Assembly: GCA_051294905.1 (NCBI GenBank)
Contig: CM119372.1
Coordinates: 10,852,001-10,916,000, forward strand
Origin: Botryllus schlosseri
Taxonomy: Eukaryota
Direction of reading: 5' to 3'
Length of the DNA: 64,000 nt
Under the pieces are notes generated by a model. The model was given only the letters and a program-made list of their open reading frames with translations, was not told where the DNA came from and ran no database searches. Shown here piece after piece: positions 1 through 13,925 of this stretch (its first letter is position 1; the number at the start of each line of letters is the position of its first letter). The translations under genes were made by a program, and so were the position numbers.

Positions 1-1190
1 ATTAAACAAGATGGAGGTACGGAACGGAATATATGAATCCATTACACAGCAAAATAAAAACAATTGTTCAAGAACTTCTCGCTTGTCGCAAAATTCTATT
101 TCGGCTACAGGGAATGTTCTATATTACATGTCTGTTATAAACAATCATAGAAGTCTAAATAGTGTAGGAATCAAACAATCGAACCGCAAGCCGGTCTCTC
201 TCCCTTCAAGTTAAATTTAGCCTCGGGTCGAACCAAATTAAGACAGGGCACGACCTCGAATTTATCGCGAACCACAACAACAATATAACAGCGCCCATGA
301 ATCCAACGATGTGTAATACGACTCCTGCACCCCGTTCAAATTTAAAATGACATGTAAAACGACACCGTGTTATTTTCCTATGCTGCATATATGCAGCGAC
401 TGTGAATGAACACAAAACATGATGTGTTTGAGCGACAGGCAGCAGGATCAGTCATGATCTCGACAGCAAAGTCTCTAGGGTCACCGTTGCGTGACGAAGG
501 CCTTATCTTGTGGTAGGTTGCAAATCTACTTTTGCACGGAGTATGAAGCCTCAGTAACATTAGCCGTCCGATATCGCGTGTCACGCTCGGGATATTCCGT
601 TCGCTCCAGATCAAATCCTTTGAGACCAGGGGTCGGGCGCCCGATACCATGGCATTGACGGAAAATAAACATCGCATATTACCAATAAGGTGGCATAGCA
701 GAGTTTTTCGTGAATAAAAATATTTCTACATTTGCTCACAGCCAGAAATGACCGCAGAACTCGAGAGATGATGACTGCAGACGTAGAGTTCTCGAGACAA
801 ATCTACTCAGCTTTGCAAATAGTAACCAAAATATAATGTACGAAAATACCCCGTAATCTTCGTATTTAATCTCATTAATTCGCGTTTATTGTAAGGATGT
901 ATGGCATGCTCTATTTTAAACAAGAGTTGTTGTTGTTGCTAATGCGATTTGGGTCATAAAGTTCATGACTTTTCAATTTAATAACCGAGGCACCGCGTAA
1001 ATTTTATTGATATATTCATCGACAAAAAGTATATTTCCGTCCACTTTGATTGTTTCAAAACATTTGAAATCAGTATTATTTCAAAACTGCATCTGCACGA
1101 AATATTGTGACTTCGCAAATATTCGATATCATCATATTGATCACTCTTTGTTGATCCTGCGTTGCCTGCTTCATTATATGTTACATAGAC

Positions 1191-1588
1191 GGTTCTGGTG
1201 TCCGGTCAATACCGAGCAAACCATTACCGAGAATGGACATTACCGAGAAAGGTCATTACGGAGAATGGACATCACCGAGAACGGACGCTACCGAGAATGG
1301 CCAATGCCGAGAATCTAACTTATTGGGATGGACATTGTAGATATTTTTACCTGAGAATCGACACCGAATGTGGCAACGCCGTGATGCACATACACACGAC
1401 CTGTACATATGCCTAACATCTCTGCGTTGCATTTATTGCATTCCCGGTAATGTCCATTCTCTGTGGTGTCTATTCTCGGTAATGTCCATTCTCTGTGGTG
1501 TCCATTATCGGCAATGTCCATTCTCGGTGTTGTCCATTCTCGGTAATGGCATTCTCGGTAATGGTTTTCTCGGCATTGAACGGACACC
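1191..1588. mobile_element. Foldback/MULE-like MITE with TIRs built from 16-bp tandem repeats
   Basis: Inverted arms GGTGTCCG...CGGACACC made of ACCGAGAATGGACATT-like units; 9-bp TSD TACATAGAC at 1182-1190 and 1589-1597. Confidence 0.85.
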
Positions 1589-3030
1589 TACATAGACACC
1601 ATCGGATTTTACCGTCCATTCATATCCTGACAGCCTTATAAAAATCCAATACGGTATTCAAATAAGCTTCTGGAACTGTAGGTACATAATCTCAATATCG
1701 CAACAAGCAATGTATTCCACCCGAAGCTTTTGTACTGACTCTCTCTTATTATTATATACTATTCAATTGACTCTCATCAGGAACGAAATGTCAGTAAATG
1801 CAGCTAACCAAATTTGAAACATAGGATCGCGACCTACAATAACTTAAGTTAAGACGCCGATATATTTTATCACTGTTGTGCTGTTATTCGGTTATTCTTA
1901 TAGCCGAATTTGTTTCTGTTGTATATCAGTGCGTTGTTATATATATACCGTTCACGAGTCTGCGTAGTTGTGGTTATTGCATCAAAATTATTCATATATT
2001 TCGACTTTGGTCAAGCGTGATTAAGTTTACTGACGTTCGCTCTTGATATGAGTCGGTCCAAAAGCTTCGAGTGGAACAAATTCGGCAATTTGAGCATATT
2101 TTCCCTAGGGTATTGGAATTAACATCTATCTATCAGTCTTGCGGGAAATATGCTACTATTGAGTTTCTATGTCGATCAAACTATTTCGCGCAAGGCAATT
2201 TCTCTTGCCTGCATATCGTCACTTGATGCTGTGGCCCACGCGTTCGCTCCGCATTTTTGAAAGCGAAACTGCAGAAAATTCCAGAGTAATATTGGACTAT
2301 CGCTATTTTGGACGTTGACGGATGCAGTACTGGAACCGCCGGGAAATGATTAGTTCATGAAAATATAGCCCTCTTCCGACTGGCGCGTAGATAGATAAGC
2401 GTAGATAGTTCGCGGCAAATGCCGTCATCCTTGATACATTACAAAGGATGTAAGGACGAAAGGGAGAGATAATATCGCAGAAGATTTGCCGCGAAACCAT
2501 CTAACGCGTCTAACGATGGAACAGATGTTGTTTTAAGGAAGTTCGTATACGATATTTAAAACCCGAGCTATCGACAAAGGAAAACAGTGCTTCGCCGCGA
2601 TAAAGTGCGAAGATTCGTCGTCAATACAACTGGATGACGACAATGACTCATATCTATTCTAAGATTTGATATAACAAGATACTAAGGTGAATGATTAAAT
2701 GAAATTGACGCAATTACTTGCTGTAATGCAGGTGTCCGAAACGAGACTCCGATGCGTACGAGCGAAATTTCTTGACAGAAATTGCGTTTGTTTGTATACC
2801 GGTGTGGCAAGCGGATTTACTGCATATTACAACGGATATCCGCCCTCGCAGGCAATCTTTCGCTCTATTAAGCCAGGCAACGAGATTAAGGGTTAAAAAT
2901 ATGAGACCGGAGTGGTAATGCGGAAATGCTTTTGTTTTGAAAACAGGAGAGTTCTTCTTAATAATGTCAACCTTTTCTGACAATCCTAGATTTAAGAATG
3001 CGTATTTAAAATTGCTAAAGCCCATAGCTA

Positions 3031-3771
3031 CAGTAGTTCCCTGCCTTTTTGGATGTCGGAGCCGCATTTCAAACTTTGGAGTACGTATGGAGCGGTTGGG
3101 GCCACATTAAAACACTCGAGTAGGCTACTTATAACGAAAATTTAAAGGTAGCTAGCCTATCTCTGGATCTCACCATCCAGCTATTTCAAAAGCATGCACA
3201 TTGCACATAGACTTCTATAGATTCTATATTGGTTATTTTAGCATTGATAGACGCAGACTGGCAAGTGCTATACATTGAAATAAACTGAAAATGCATATCA
3301 TTACTACAACATACTATTATGTCGTTATATGATAACCCTTCATACATTCCAGCACTTAATGCACAAGTTTGCGGGGGATTATACGCCGAGTATTATTGAA
3401 CTTATTGCAATTTATACTTGACTGTGGACCGTTATTTTGATATTAGTAAAACTGTGTAGAAATTTACTTTTCACAGAGACGATATATAAAGGTCTATGAC
3501 CAGCAGAACTCAAGATATATCATCTTCCGACTGGTATTCATCCATGCGTTTGACGCTAGTCTGCAAGAAGTCTTATTCCCGGTTTCCAGAAGCGGCCTTG
3601 GACGGCTTTAGACTTAACTAATATCCCTCATTTTATCATTCATATACAGAAATTGACTATAGCTATTCATAGAAACAAACAACAACTGTCGTCTATTATA
3701 TTTTTGTGGCATATTTAGAGGTCAATGAGAGCCGCAAGAAGGCTACCTTGGAGCCGCGGTTGGGATCACTG
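3031..3771. mobile_element. Degenerate hAT-type MITE
   Basis: CAGTAGTTCCC ... GGGATCACTG termini with GAGCCGC subterminal motifs; TSD degenerate. Confidence 0.55.
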
Positions 3772-4809
3772 CTATAGCATATGCGAATTGTCCGTACAAA
3801 ATTGCTCATTTTTGCGAGTTGAAGACATAACTCTCTATAGTTTCTACACGGTAACGTGAAGCAGGTATATTCTGTTTGTGAACACGAAAGTAGTAGTGAA
3901 ATAGTGAATAGATAGTTCCAGCATCAATATATTGAGACGCAAGGCAACGACCCATTAGCCAAAGCGGAACGAATGAGTAGGCTGCGTATAACAGGATCAA
4001 AGCATTTTTTTCGTTCAGGAGTAGGCTATATACAAGCGAACTCCCATTACGTCGAAACCCGGCACTGAACCTACCGTTGATCAAATAGCTGGGAGGAATT
4101 TCACTCACTTCACCTTATATTCTACATTAAACATAACGACAGAAAATCGAAAGTTCATTCGTTTCGTGTCCAATGGACTGCCTCAACACTAATTCCCTAG
4201 CTTTCAGTCCATATTTGAAATGTGTTCTGAGACTTTGGATAGCCACAAAACCGCGGAATAAGTGCAGAACTTGTGCGGTACACCGTATTTACGAGGCTTA
4301 AGTTTCTAAAATTGTAGATCAATGTATGTTTTTTAGCGAAATGGCAGATATTAACTTCGTATACGTTCATTTTTTGTTTGGTATCAAACAATATAATTAA
4401 TTCAACTTTAATCGGAATTCTGTTTTCGTAATAATTCTATGGGCAATAATTAATTGTAATGATTTTTATTAGAAATCGGGATCAAAGGCGGGATGCTAAA
4501 ATTCATTAAGTATGCGGGAATTTCCGTTCATCGCAGAATATATATGGTGAATAGATTTTTAGGAAATGAGAGTCGAGAAAAATTAGTCCCGGCTATGACG
4601 CAGTTTTCTTCAGGCTAATTAACTGAAATTTCGTTAGCATTCGATAACTCCATCATGGGTTCTGCAATTCAAGGAAAACAATGTTACAGCCACACATTGA
4701 AAAGTTCAAATCGAAAATCGGGGTGTATTCTATATCCTGTGTATGATCCTGCGACTGAGCCCTCGCAAAATGTACGAAACTGAACGGTGTTAACTATTCA
4801 ACGAACTGG

Positions 4810-5195
4810 TAATATTGTTCCGGGATTCCGGGGAAGATTCGATACGAGATGATTCAAAAGATCAATTCATTGGGAACTGTGCAAATCCTTCGGAAGACCT
4901 TGAATCCACCACTAATTTACACTTGGATTCCACAATCGCAGCATAACCTCTATAATTTGGATTCTACATCTTCGAACATCTCTATCTCTACCTCCATAAC
5001 CCTTGCCAATTCTCCATCTACCGCAATTCTCTAACCTAACCTCTCCATGTATTGCATAGGAATAACTATATGTGTCTCTTGAAATCTTAAAATTTTACAC
5101 AAATATGCACATTTTCTTTAGGGGGCAGGTTACTCCCGGGATTATGCGTGTATTTACCAATTTTACTGTGAATAAAGAGTATAATAATGATAATG
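4810..5195 (+). mobile_element. 3' fragment of an RLE-type (R4/Dong/NeSL-like) non-LTR retrotransposon
   Basis: Translates as IPGKIRYEMIQKINSLGTVQILRKTL, like the IQK..LGT..ILRK.L C-terminus of RLE elements; followed by AATAAA and a short TAA-type tail. Confidence 0.55.
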
Positions 5196-7539
5196 CATGG
5201 TCGTATCTGGTAGGCAAGGCTACAGTCAACGTATGAGATCGAATAGCAGTTCAGTCAATAATGGCAAGGGTCGGTGTTAATCTGCATATGGGCCTATATA
5301 GACATGAAAGATGAACGTAATATTGTTAAGGCTCATGGTATATCGGACTCATATAAAACGAAAAAGTTCGATATCTGCAACTTATGCAAACAATTCGCAA
5401 TTTCAGCGGTATAGCTGTAATAGCTGAGTATTACAAAACATACAGCACGTCGCCCATATCGGCTGGATGTTTACAAAGAACTGTTACAATGTATACAGCG
5501 CAAGTGCACCGCACAACTAGATTCATATATGAGGAATTAAATAGATTACAAGCAATCGTTATCAGTAGTCGTTCGACTCAAGAGTTCCTCACTTCAAAGA
5601 TATCGTTAGTTGACACTGCATGAGGCGTTTTTCGAGCGCTAAGCAAACAAGACTTCTCAAATAGTTTGTCAAACTTGTAGTGCTTGAACTATATCATTAT
5701 AAATACTACCGAGATTACGCTAGCATCGACGAGATTCCGATTTAATCATGACAAGGTTCTTCACACATGCACTGCGGGGTCAATTCATAACAGCTAATAG
5801 TGACATTTCATCGTCAATAATAGCGCCTGTGCGGCGCCTGGTACTTAAGTAAATATATATAACGCTGATTACTTGCTTGTCCACAGTTCCAAGTCAACAA
5901 TATCCTCTCAACCAACGATTATTAATGAAAACGACTGGAGCGATGACTATGAGAAACGTCAAGGAATTAACAGTAATATTTCGTTGGAGAAATGGACGTG
6001 CCCTACCGTCATATAGCGGGCGCATCACATAAATCATTCACGTCATAAACTTCGAAGTAATGTTCGTGTATTTCGAGCAGTTCGAACCGGTATTGACACT
6101 TATTACACTCTACGAACTCAGTGAATAACATCTGCATGCCGTGAGAGAATAGTAAGCTGTCATCAACGAATCAAGTTCATTTTGGAATTCAATTGGGAGA
6201 CGTGACATCGCTGTTGCACTTAACGTCTCTCACGAGATTGGATTCTTACGACGTTACGGTGACGAAGGATAATTTTAGCACCGTGCATTGCGGAGCCGCA
6301 ATGTAAATATATATACGTTGATCCCTTTCTTCAAATCCGACTTACATATAGATTTTCAGCTGCGTATCATATGCGACCGTGGAAATAAATTGGGAAAAAA
6401 ACGTGCTTCTTCATGGCTTTTGCCAACTGGACTTAAGACTTTGTTCCGTTGCCGCGGCAAAATTCCCGTTCCTTTCGTCGTTGGCCTGATCTGTAGTCAA
6501 ACAACATCAGATCACGTTCTTCAAACACGGACTTTCTTGGTGTTGAATAGTGCAGCATGGTTCTGTATAGGGCTGTGGAGCGTTGATCTTCGAAACATAC
6601 ATCTCAAGATTTCGCCTTGACAAAATATTGATCTTGAGACGAAACATCGCTGACTTATTTGATTCCAACAAAAGAAAACTGATAAGGTCACATTGCGAAC
6701 ATGCTCCGCTCTATCACAAGCGATGGTACTTGTATTTTTTCTTTCTTTTCACTACCGCATGTCTTGCACATGTACGAGTACTTGCAGATGGTTTTATAAA
6801 CAACTACACGGGTATACTATCCTACCTTATTAGGAGATTTCAATCTGCTGTCGCTAAGCTGAAAGCCCAACTGAACTCCATGACGACAATTGTTTGCACA
6901 GTAAGGTAAATGTCGGGTCGACGAATGACAGGTTGTGACAGGAATCGGTTTTGGTCATTTGTTCGAATTGCTAAGTGAGTCAAATTTACTCTAGTCGAAT
7001 TACACTCCCTCTTATATAAATGCTACATATAGAATTTAGGATTTACTCTTAACCACCAATCAGAGTACATAGTGATTACTATCGATTGCTACTGACTAAA
7101 ATGCTATCTTTTATTACCTTATTTTACCTTCCTGATACACGATCTTCGAAAGAGCTTTTCTCCTTGTAAATTCGTGCACAGAGGTCATCACTTTCACTGT
7201 CCAGTGTCCAGTGTCCGGTGCCCATTGTACATTGTACATTGTACAACATATTTGCCTGCACCAGTGATTCTCCGCCGTCCTTGTAACGTGTGATGTGTTT
7301 ACGAAACTAGTGAAGACACTGAGTGAGATGAAAAAATTTTTCAATCAACAATCGAAGCAACTAAAGTTGTGGCGCGGACGGCACTTTCAATGGCTAATTC
7401 GTACTAGATGTGTAATTTATGCCATATATGTCGCATCGGCGAGCTCGGATATTTGTGTATCAACCTTAACACCGTCTATGGTGATCGATGACCACAGTAA
7501 TGACGTGGAGGCTGTGCGCTGCAGCAAGGGATTTTCAAC

Positions 7540-7871
7540 CAACAAGATAGCGTAATGGTTAAGCGTCCGGCTTCTTGGTCGGTAGGTCGTGGGTTCGATC
7601 TCCGGCCGGGTCAGACCAAAGACCTGATTAGTAACACTGGTACCCATGACTTCCCTGCTTGGCGCTCACGCATTACTGGGATAGCGTGGAGAGGTGGTGC
7701 AAGACTTAGAAAGCCATACAAGGCTATATCTGCACCTTCCTTGTCCGGCGGCATATGCACATCATGAACTCATGGTACGCATATGCACAGATCGTGTGTA
7801 TGTCTATCATGAGTCGGTGTATATGCCGCAAAAAACATCAAGGACAAAAATAAACAAGTCCTTTCCTTTCC
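7540..7871 (+). mobile_element. tRNA-derived SINE with a conserved-type central domain and 3' stem-loop
   Basis: A-box TAGCGTAATGG, B-box GGTTCGATCTCC, then GACCAAAGAC...GGTACC...CCCTGCTTGGCGCTCA; no tRNA acceptor-stem closure; CCTTT repeat tail. Confidence 0.8.
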
Positions 7872-10800
7872 TAACCACGGTACAGCAAGTTCCATGCATA
7901 TCGCAATTTCAGAAGCGTCTTACTTCTGGTACGCGCAGAATGTGCTGTTGTGAGAATAATACTACTTTGTGACTCGGTTCAACTAATTTCGAGTGTCGTT
8001 TCATTCCATTTTTTGCATACAAACACAGCGAATATGTCAAGTATCGCAAATATTTACCGAAGCGTTTTCATTTTATAACAAACGAGTAGATTTCTAAACT
8101 CAGAGCACACGTACACTCCAATAAACACGATACTTGTTCTGTTGTGTACACAACCAACATAATGTATATACGGTATTGCACTTGTTGCACAGGAGATTTC
8201 CCTTCAACCAAACAATGCCGATGTCAGCATCCTGGCGCCAAATTCCGATAACCAAACCTTCAAGCAGTTTATGGGCAAGCTGAGGAAGTTCGCGTTATCT
8301 ATTTGGAGAATGACCGCCGCCTTTTGCGCTTTGCCATACTCCATTCCTATTAAAATATAAGAAGCGACTGCAAATAGTTGCATGACAGCTTATCGCGAAA
8401 CGGCGAATCCAGCAAAGCGGATTTCAGGGCGATCGGAAACAATAGTCTCGTCTGTGTGATATCACATCATCACACGTTACGCGCTGCGATACGACACAAA
8501 AGGTGCGATTGAAATGGAGTGTGACGGAGGTGAACGATTGTGCAGAATATATAACACAGCGAGCTGTCAACAAGATATTTTTACCTCGCCATCGGTCGAC
8601 CTTGTGAACCATCCAAAGTAGAGCCACGAGATTTAGCAACGACAAATCATTTGGACGAGTGATTAGTTATAAACAGGAACACCAACAGAGAAGCGAGCGC
8701 TTGCACAATAGAACGAATAAGATCTCATCTTATGGTTCCTTTGTCAAAGGTAAATCTGCAAATTGGGAGCCGCGCGGTCTGGCGCGAGAACCGTCGCGCG
8801 GCCTTTTTCTCGAATACCAGCTATATCGCAACCGGATGGTAACGAAGCGAATCCCTTTGATTACATTGCCTTTCATCACCATCCCAGATGACTTGGAGAT
8901 AGCTGGTTTCTTCTAATAGCGCTGCTGCGAAAATTTACACTTTCGGAAGTAGGCGTGTCATGAGACGTGAGTGCTTCGCTGTTCATCAACGAAATTGTTA
9001 CATATGGTTGGTATTGTTTTTCTTGATGTAATAGCCGACCAATTAGGTATCGAATGTTTGTTATGTGCCTATCCAGTGTGTCATCCTTACATTCCCGCTT
9101 CCGCGATATATGCTTGTACCGCGAAGTCGTTTGAATTACTAGAATGATCGTGATTTGGCACTCGTCTCAGGATGAATATGTTACGGTGTGGCTTAACTGC
9201 AAAGTGCGAATTCTTCATGGTCGCAAAGTCAAATCAAAATAAAATTGATTGGGTCACGTTTTGTTTTATTTTTCCTTCACTGGATTTATTCTCTGGGTTC
9301 ATTCTTTGGTACGAAAATGTTCGACGATTCGCAAGGAATATGTGTGGCCGGACAAAAGTGATTGAAAGTAGATTTTGTGAAAATGCGCGGCTTGCCGCGT
9401 GTGATTATACAATGTACTGTAAACTAGTGTATATGCACCAAGAAACCGTATTCAGATGTCTATATCGAACGCTAGAGTGTAATTAGACGAAGGCAACGCA
9501 CCTTAAAATGCCCCCAAATAAAGTCCAAACATTTGCAGCGCACACTCATAAAATTGGTGAGACATAGATACACCAAATTGGCACAGGTGAATTATCCAAT
9601 TGCGCTGTGTAACAGCGCCGCAATATGAGAGTATGGAAAGACAAAATTATAGTTAAATAAGGGAATCAGGAGTATAAAAACTCTAGTAATTTCAGCATTG
9701 TCTTGGTTTGGTTTTTATCTGAAAGGAATTTTACGACTACTACATATCATCGAAGATAATCAATTCGGCTGTCGGTCACAGAGGATCTGTATTCGTAAAA
9801 TAACAAACAAGGTTGCAGCTGAAATAAAAATTCGATTAACATCACGCAGCGGACTCTGGTAAAAAAACAAATGCCAAAAATGAATTTCCGGAATTCCGTT
9901 ATCTATAGGGTGATATATTATCGGGACATCGGCACAAATGTTCTATAGCGCATGATCACTCGATGTTCATCGTTGGAAGTGGAAAAATTATGTAGTTTTT
10001 GCATTGACGTTTGAACAGCTTCACTCCTGTTGTAGACAGATGCACGGAGTGGAAAATTAACGCAAATTATCGCGTTTATCGGGAAACCCGGAACACCACA
10101 TTGATTCTGGATGTCAAATCATGATCGTTGGCGACGATTTTGACAAATTGCACGAGACTGTCGAGATTTTCCTCGCGGAAATTGATGGTAATTTATCATG
10201 GACTCACGAATACCATTCGTCAATGTAACGACATAAGATGTGAGACGAGCGACGGTGTCTAATTCCCGGATATACTTGGAGATAGAATCGATCTTGATGA
10301 AGTAATATATGTATATCTATATTCCGTTGCAGGATATTCTATATTTAGATAATACGAAACGTGTAAAAGATGAAAATAGATCTTGTAGTCGGAAATCAGG
10401 CGAAGCAGCGATCTGACAAGCAACGTTTGACAGTTACTTAAAACTATAATGGACATCATATCAGTTCCCTGTAAATATTCCGACAAATATTCATCAAAAT
10501 GCCTTATTTCATCCTATTTGATAAATCTCTCACATAGCTCAGTTTACAACAGACAATTATTGAATGCTTGAAATACTTTCGGACGCTGCAAAGTATTAGA
10601 AAAAGAGGCAGTTTTATACCACACACATCAATCACAAACGCCTCTGCGCACGGGAACAAATAATATCCGGACTGATACGATTTCAATTCTCTGTTACATA
10701 ACTCTCGGCCATATCATGCTTATAGCACATACTGAATGCTAAAGGTGATAATGCATTTATGTAGCACTATCTTCGCTGATCACAAAGTGAAAGCAATCGA

Positions 10801-11718
10801 TGAAAAGATTCCTGTATTCTATCGATAGATGTGCAGAACTGCGAATTAGCGGCATTGATGTCGCGTTAAAATTTTCGCAATGGCGATCAAGTCAATTCAG
10901 AATACGATAATTATGGGGAATCAGATATATTGAGACGGCGTAGGTAACAATTTTCCGTCGCTTCGCGCGCAAATGATGGTCTAATGATGACTGCCACCTT
11001 CCCTAAACCATGTCTCCAATGATCCCGGGGTCATGTGAGCACAACTTGGTATAGCACCAGTTGATAATTTTCACTTGATATTGTGATAATCCAATCTTCA
11101 AGTCTGATTGAAGTCCATCACGGATATGTAAACCGTTCCGACTGCAACATCATAATTGTTTACGTCCGCTGTCACGTACCCATGTTGTTACATCGAGCGG
11201 TCAAAATTCACGTGAACTGGGTGCCCTGTGAAATATAGTGATCTTTCAGTGTTCTATTATGATATGTTATTTTAGCGTTACTGTGTCATTTCACCGCCAG
11301 GAAAGACTAATCGCATCCAAAAATATACACCATAAAGGAAATCTGACACCTTTAAATTACCCAGAAATCGGGAACATTACTTTGAGTCACTTCACAACGT
11401 CACACCATTCCGTACCGAGATTCTCGAAGATTTTGTGATACTTTGTGCAGAGATTTGTATGAGTAGGTATAGCGCCGAGTCTACGAGATATTACACTGGC
11501 TACTTTCATAACGAATCAGCTTTTGGACTGTAACTCCTGTTGCGAATTCCTGGTTCGGTTCGACTCGTACCAGTGCCCAGAAGCTCCTAGTATGTAACCC
11601 GTATACACTAAATGCTTAATTTGGGATCGCAAGGATGTGCAAAAGCCGAGATAACTATACGGAAATGTAAATGACTCCATGGGCATCGGGTGAGATATTC
11701 ATCAGTGTCATCATAAAC

Positions 11719-12299
11719 TAGGGCAAGTTTTTGCTACTTTTGCAACTTTTTTACAGCATCCGGCAGCCTCCTGAATACTCGAAAGTTATGTAGAATGCTG
11801 TTTTAAGCTGTTTGAAGGAATCTTATAGTGCAACCTTTTGCAACTTTTGTCCATTTTTTCATGTAACTTTTTGCAACCTTTTCGATTTTTCATGAAAGTT
11901 TATTCGATTTTTCATGCAACCAACTTACTGGAAATATTTGGTAGTTATTTAAATAGATCGGTCGCTGTTTTTTTTTAAAGAATTTTGGTGAAATACACGG
12001 CCAAATTCGACTGAAATACCGTAAATCGGCACTGAAGTAACGCTCGAACGGGTATTCCGGGAGCTGAGCCGGAAAGTTGACCTTTCTTTTTATTTTTTCC
12101 AGTGAGCCAATGGAGAATGTTGATGGAAAACTGTATTTCGGGAGTGGAACTGGGAATTTGAAATTTTTTTAGTCAACCGACCAAAATGTGGACTTTTAAT
12201 GCAACTTTTGTGAAAAAGTAAATGCAACTTTTTACTGCAACTTTTGTGAAAAATAAATGCAACTTTCCACGGATTTAACTGCAACAAAAACTTGCCCTA
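11719..12299. mobile_element. hAT-type MITE (TAGGGCAAGTTTTTG TIR, TGCAACTTTT repeats)
   Basis: 15-bp TIR; a second, inverted copy lies at 53959-55544. Confidence 0.85.
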
Positions 12300-13925
12300 G
12301 TCATAAGTTGAACACTTCTAAATAATCAAGCAAGCCATGTTTGGTTATCAGACCCTATAGCACATGCACAGAAACTCGGTTGGCTCCAGGAACAGAAATG
12401 ACCAATGGAGACAATAATCATATTACATCGTTTATAATACAAAGCCATACGACAATTCTATTTCGGGATCTGAACATAATAGTCCAACCTATATAACTTA
12501 TATTATAGCACAACAGAGTATTGGATACTGATCATGCTATGTTAATAGGGTATAGCCGACGAAAGTAATGAGAAATATGATTGACGAAATGCTTTTGTTT
12601 ACCAACAGCGGTAAGCACATATATATCCAGTGTTCCTGACCTTCTGGTATCAACTTTTCCCGGGGCCAAAAGCGTTCTCGCGCTTTCTTGATAGTAATAC
12701 TGTGGTAACTATAGATTTCCGTGAGCGTACGATCGCGATAGCATAACGAGCAAAGCAATTCACGCTTTCGGAACGGGGCTGGTTCCGACTCTTTGTGACA
12801 CGAAAACATTTCAGAGAAAAAACTCATTTCAGTAGGTCCAAACATTTTCGAAGATATCCTGCTTGAAATTAACACTTCCGCGCAATACATAATTATCATA
12901 TAGCAAATCTAATATTTCCAAACAACTTCCTGTCCACGTTACATAACCTTACACCACTGGTGACTCACTGGTCGTTAATTCGATATAGCGCATTATAGCA
13001 TCAAAAGATTCGCGTGAAAAGCAATGAACAAATATATAATAATCGCTGGGATTCTATACCGGATATGTCGCTATAGATATCGATGCCCACTTCTCGTCAA
13101 CACAATCACAACCGTACATAACTGCACGACCATTTCCAATTTGGTTACCACATTACGTTGTAGTCGCGCGCTAGTTTAGGTAGATTTTCTCTTTAGTCAA
13201 TGTGTACCGTGCTTCACGACGAAGGGCATGACCGTTAACGGCCTTGCCACCTGCATCGGAAGGCAACGTTACGCTGAATTACTTCAGATACCAAAACATA
13301 GTCTATGGCACGTTGTTTGGTCTAAATCACGCGCGACATGATACTACTATTTATATCTGAGTAATGCCTGCACAAATTCATTTGTTGTAACCACCTTCCG
13401 TAATAGCCGAAATTACTCGTTGATGGAATGGGAGCACTGCTTTTGCGATTTGTGCAAAGGTAATCCTAGGCATGCGATTTGAAATCGACCCGAACTTATC
13501 GGCTACAGCCTATCGCCTAAAGAGGCGTTACCCTCACGGAGCATAGACTTTCAATCAAACCACTGAACCCGTAATTCTGTGAGAAATTGTATCTAAACCC
13601 AAAAGGATATCACGGTAAAAACAAGAGTAAAACATACAACTACAATTATAGCTTCATATTGATGTATAAGTGACGAAAACAACAACTGATGTTGCAGGTA
13701 AGGAACAGGTCTTTCTTTCCATTTTCCTAATCCAATCATAATTACACTGAATTATCAAGTACGAGATCAATTAGCGGGCCACCGAACCCTTCAACCAAAT
13801 CAGGGAAATTAATTTGATTTGGACTGCAAATACATTAGTATTCACATATTCAGCTTCAGAAGAGCATCAGTTAGTGCACGTGAACGTATGCGTTCGTGAA
13901 GATGTAGATTTGTATCCTGTTAGAT

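Noticed and set aside
1197..1588. CRISPR-like array or repeat-protein ORFs (HYREWTLPR...)
   Set aside because: The units are contiguous 16-mers with no unique spacers, arranged as inverted arms with a TSD; this is a transposon in a eukaryotic context with no cas genes.
7545..7620. tRNA gene
   Set aside because: It has A and B boxes but no complete cloverleaf or oligo-T terminator and continues into a SINE body and tail.
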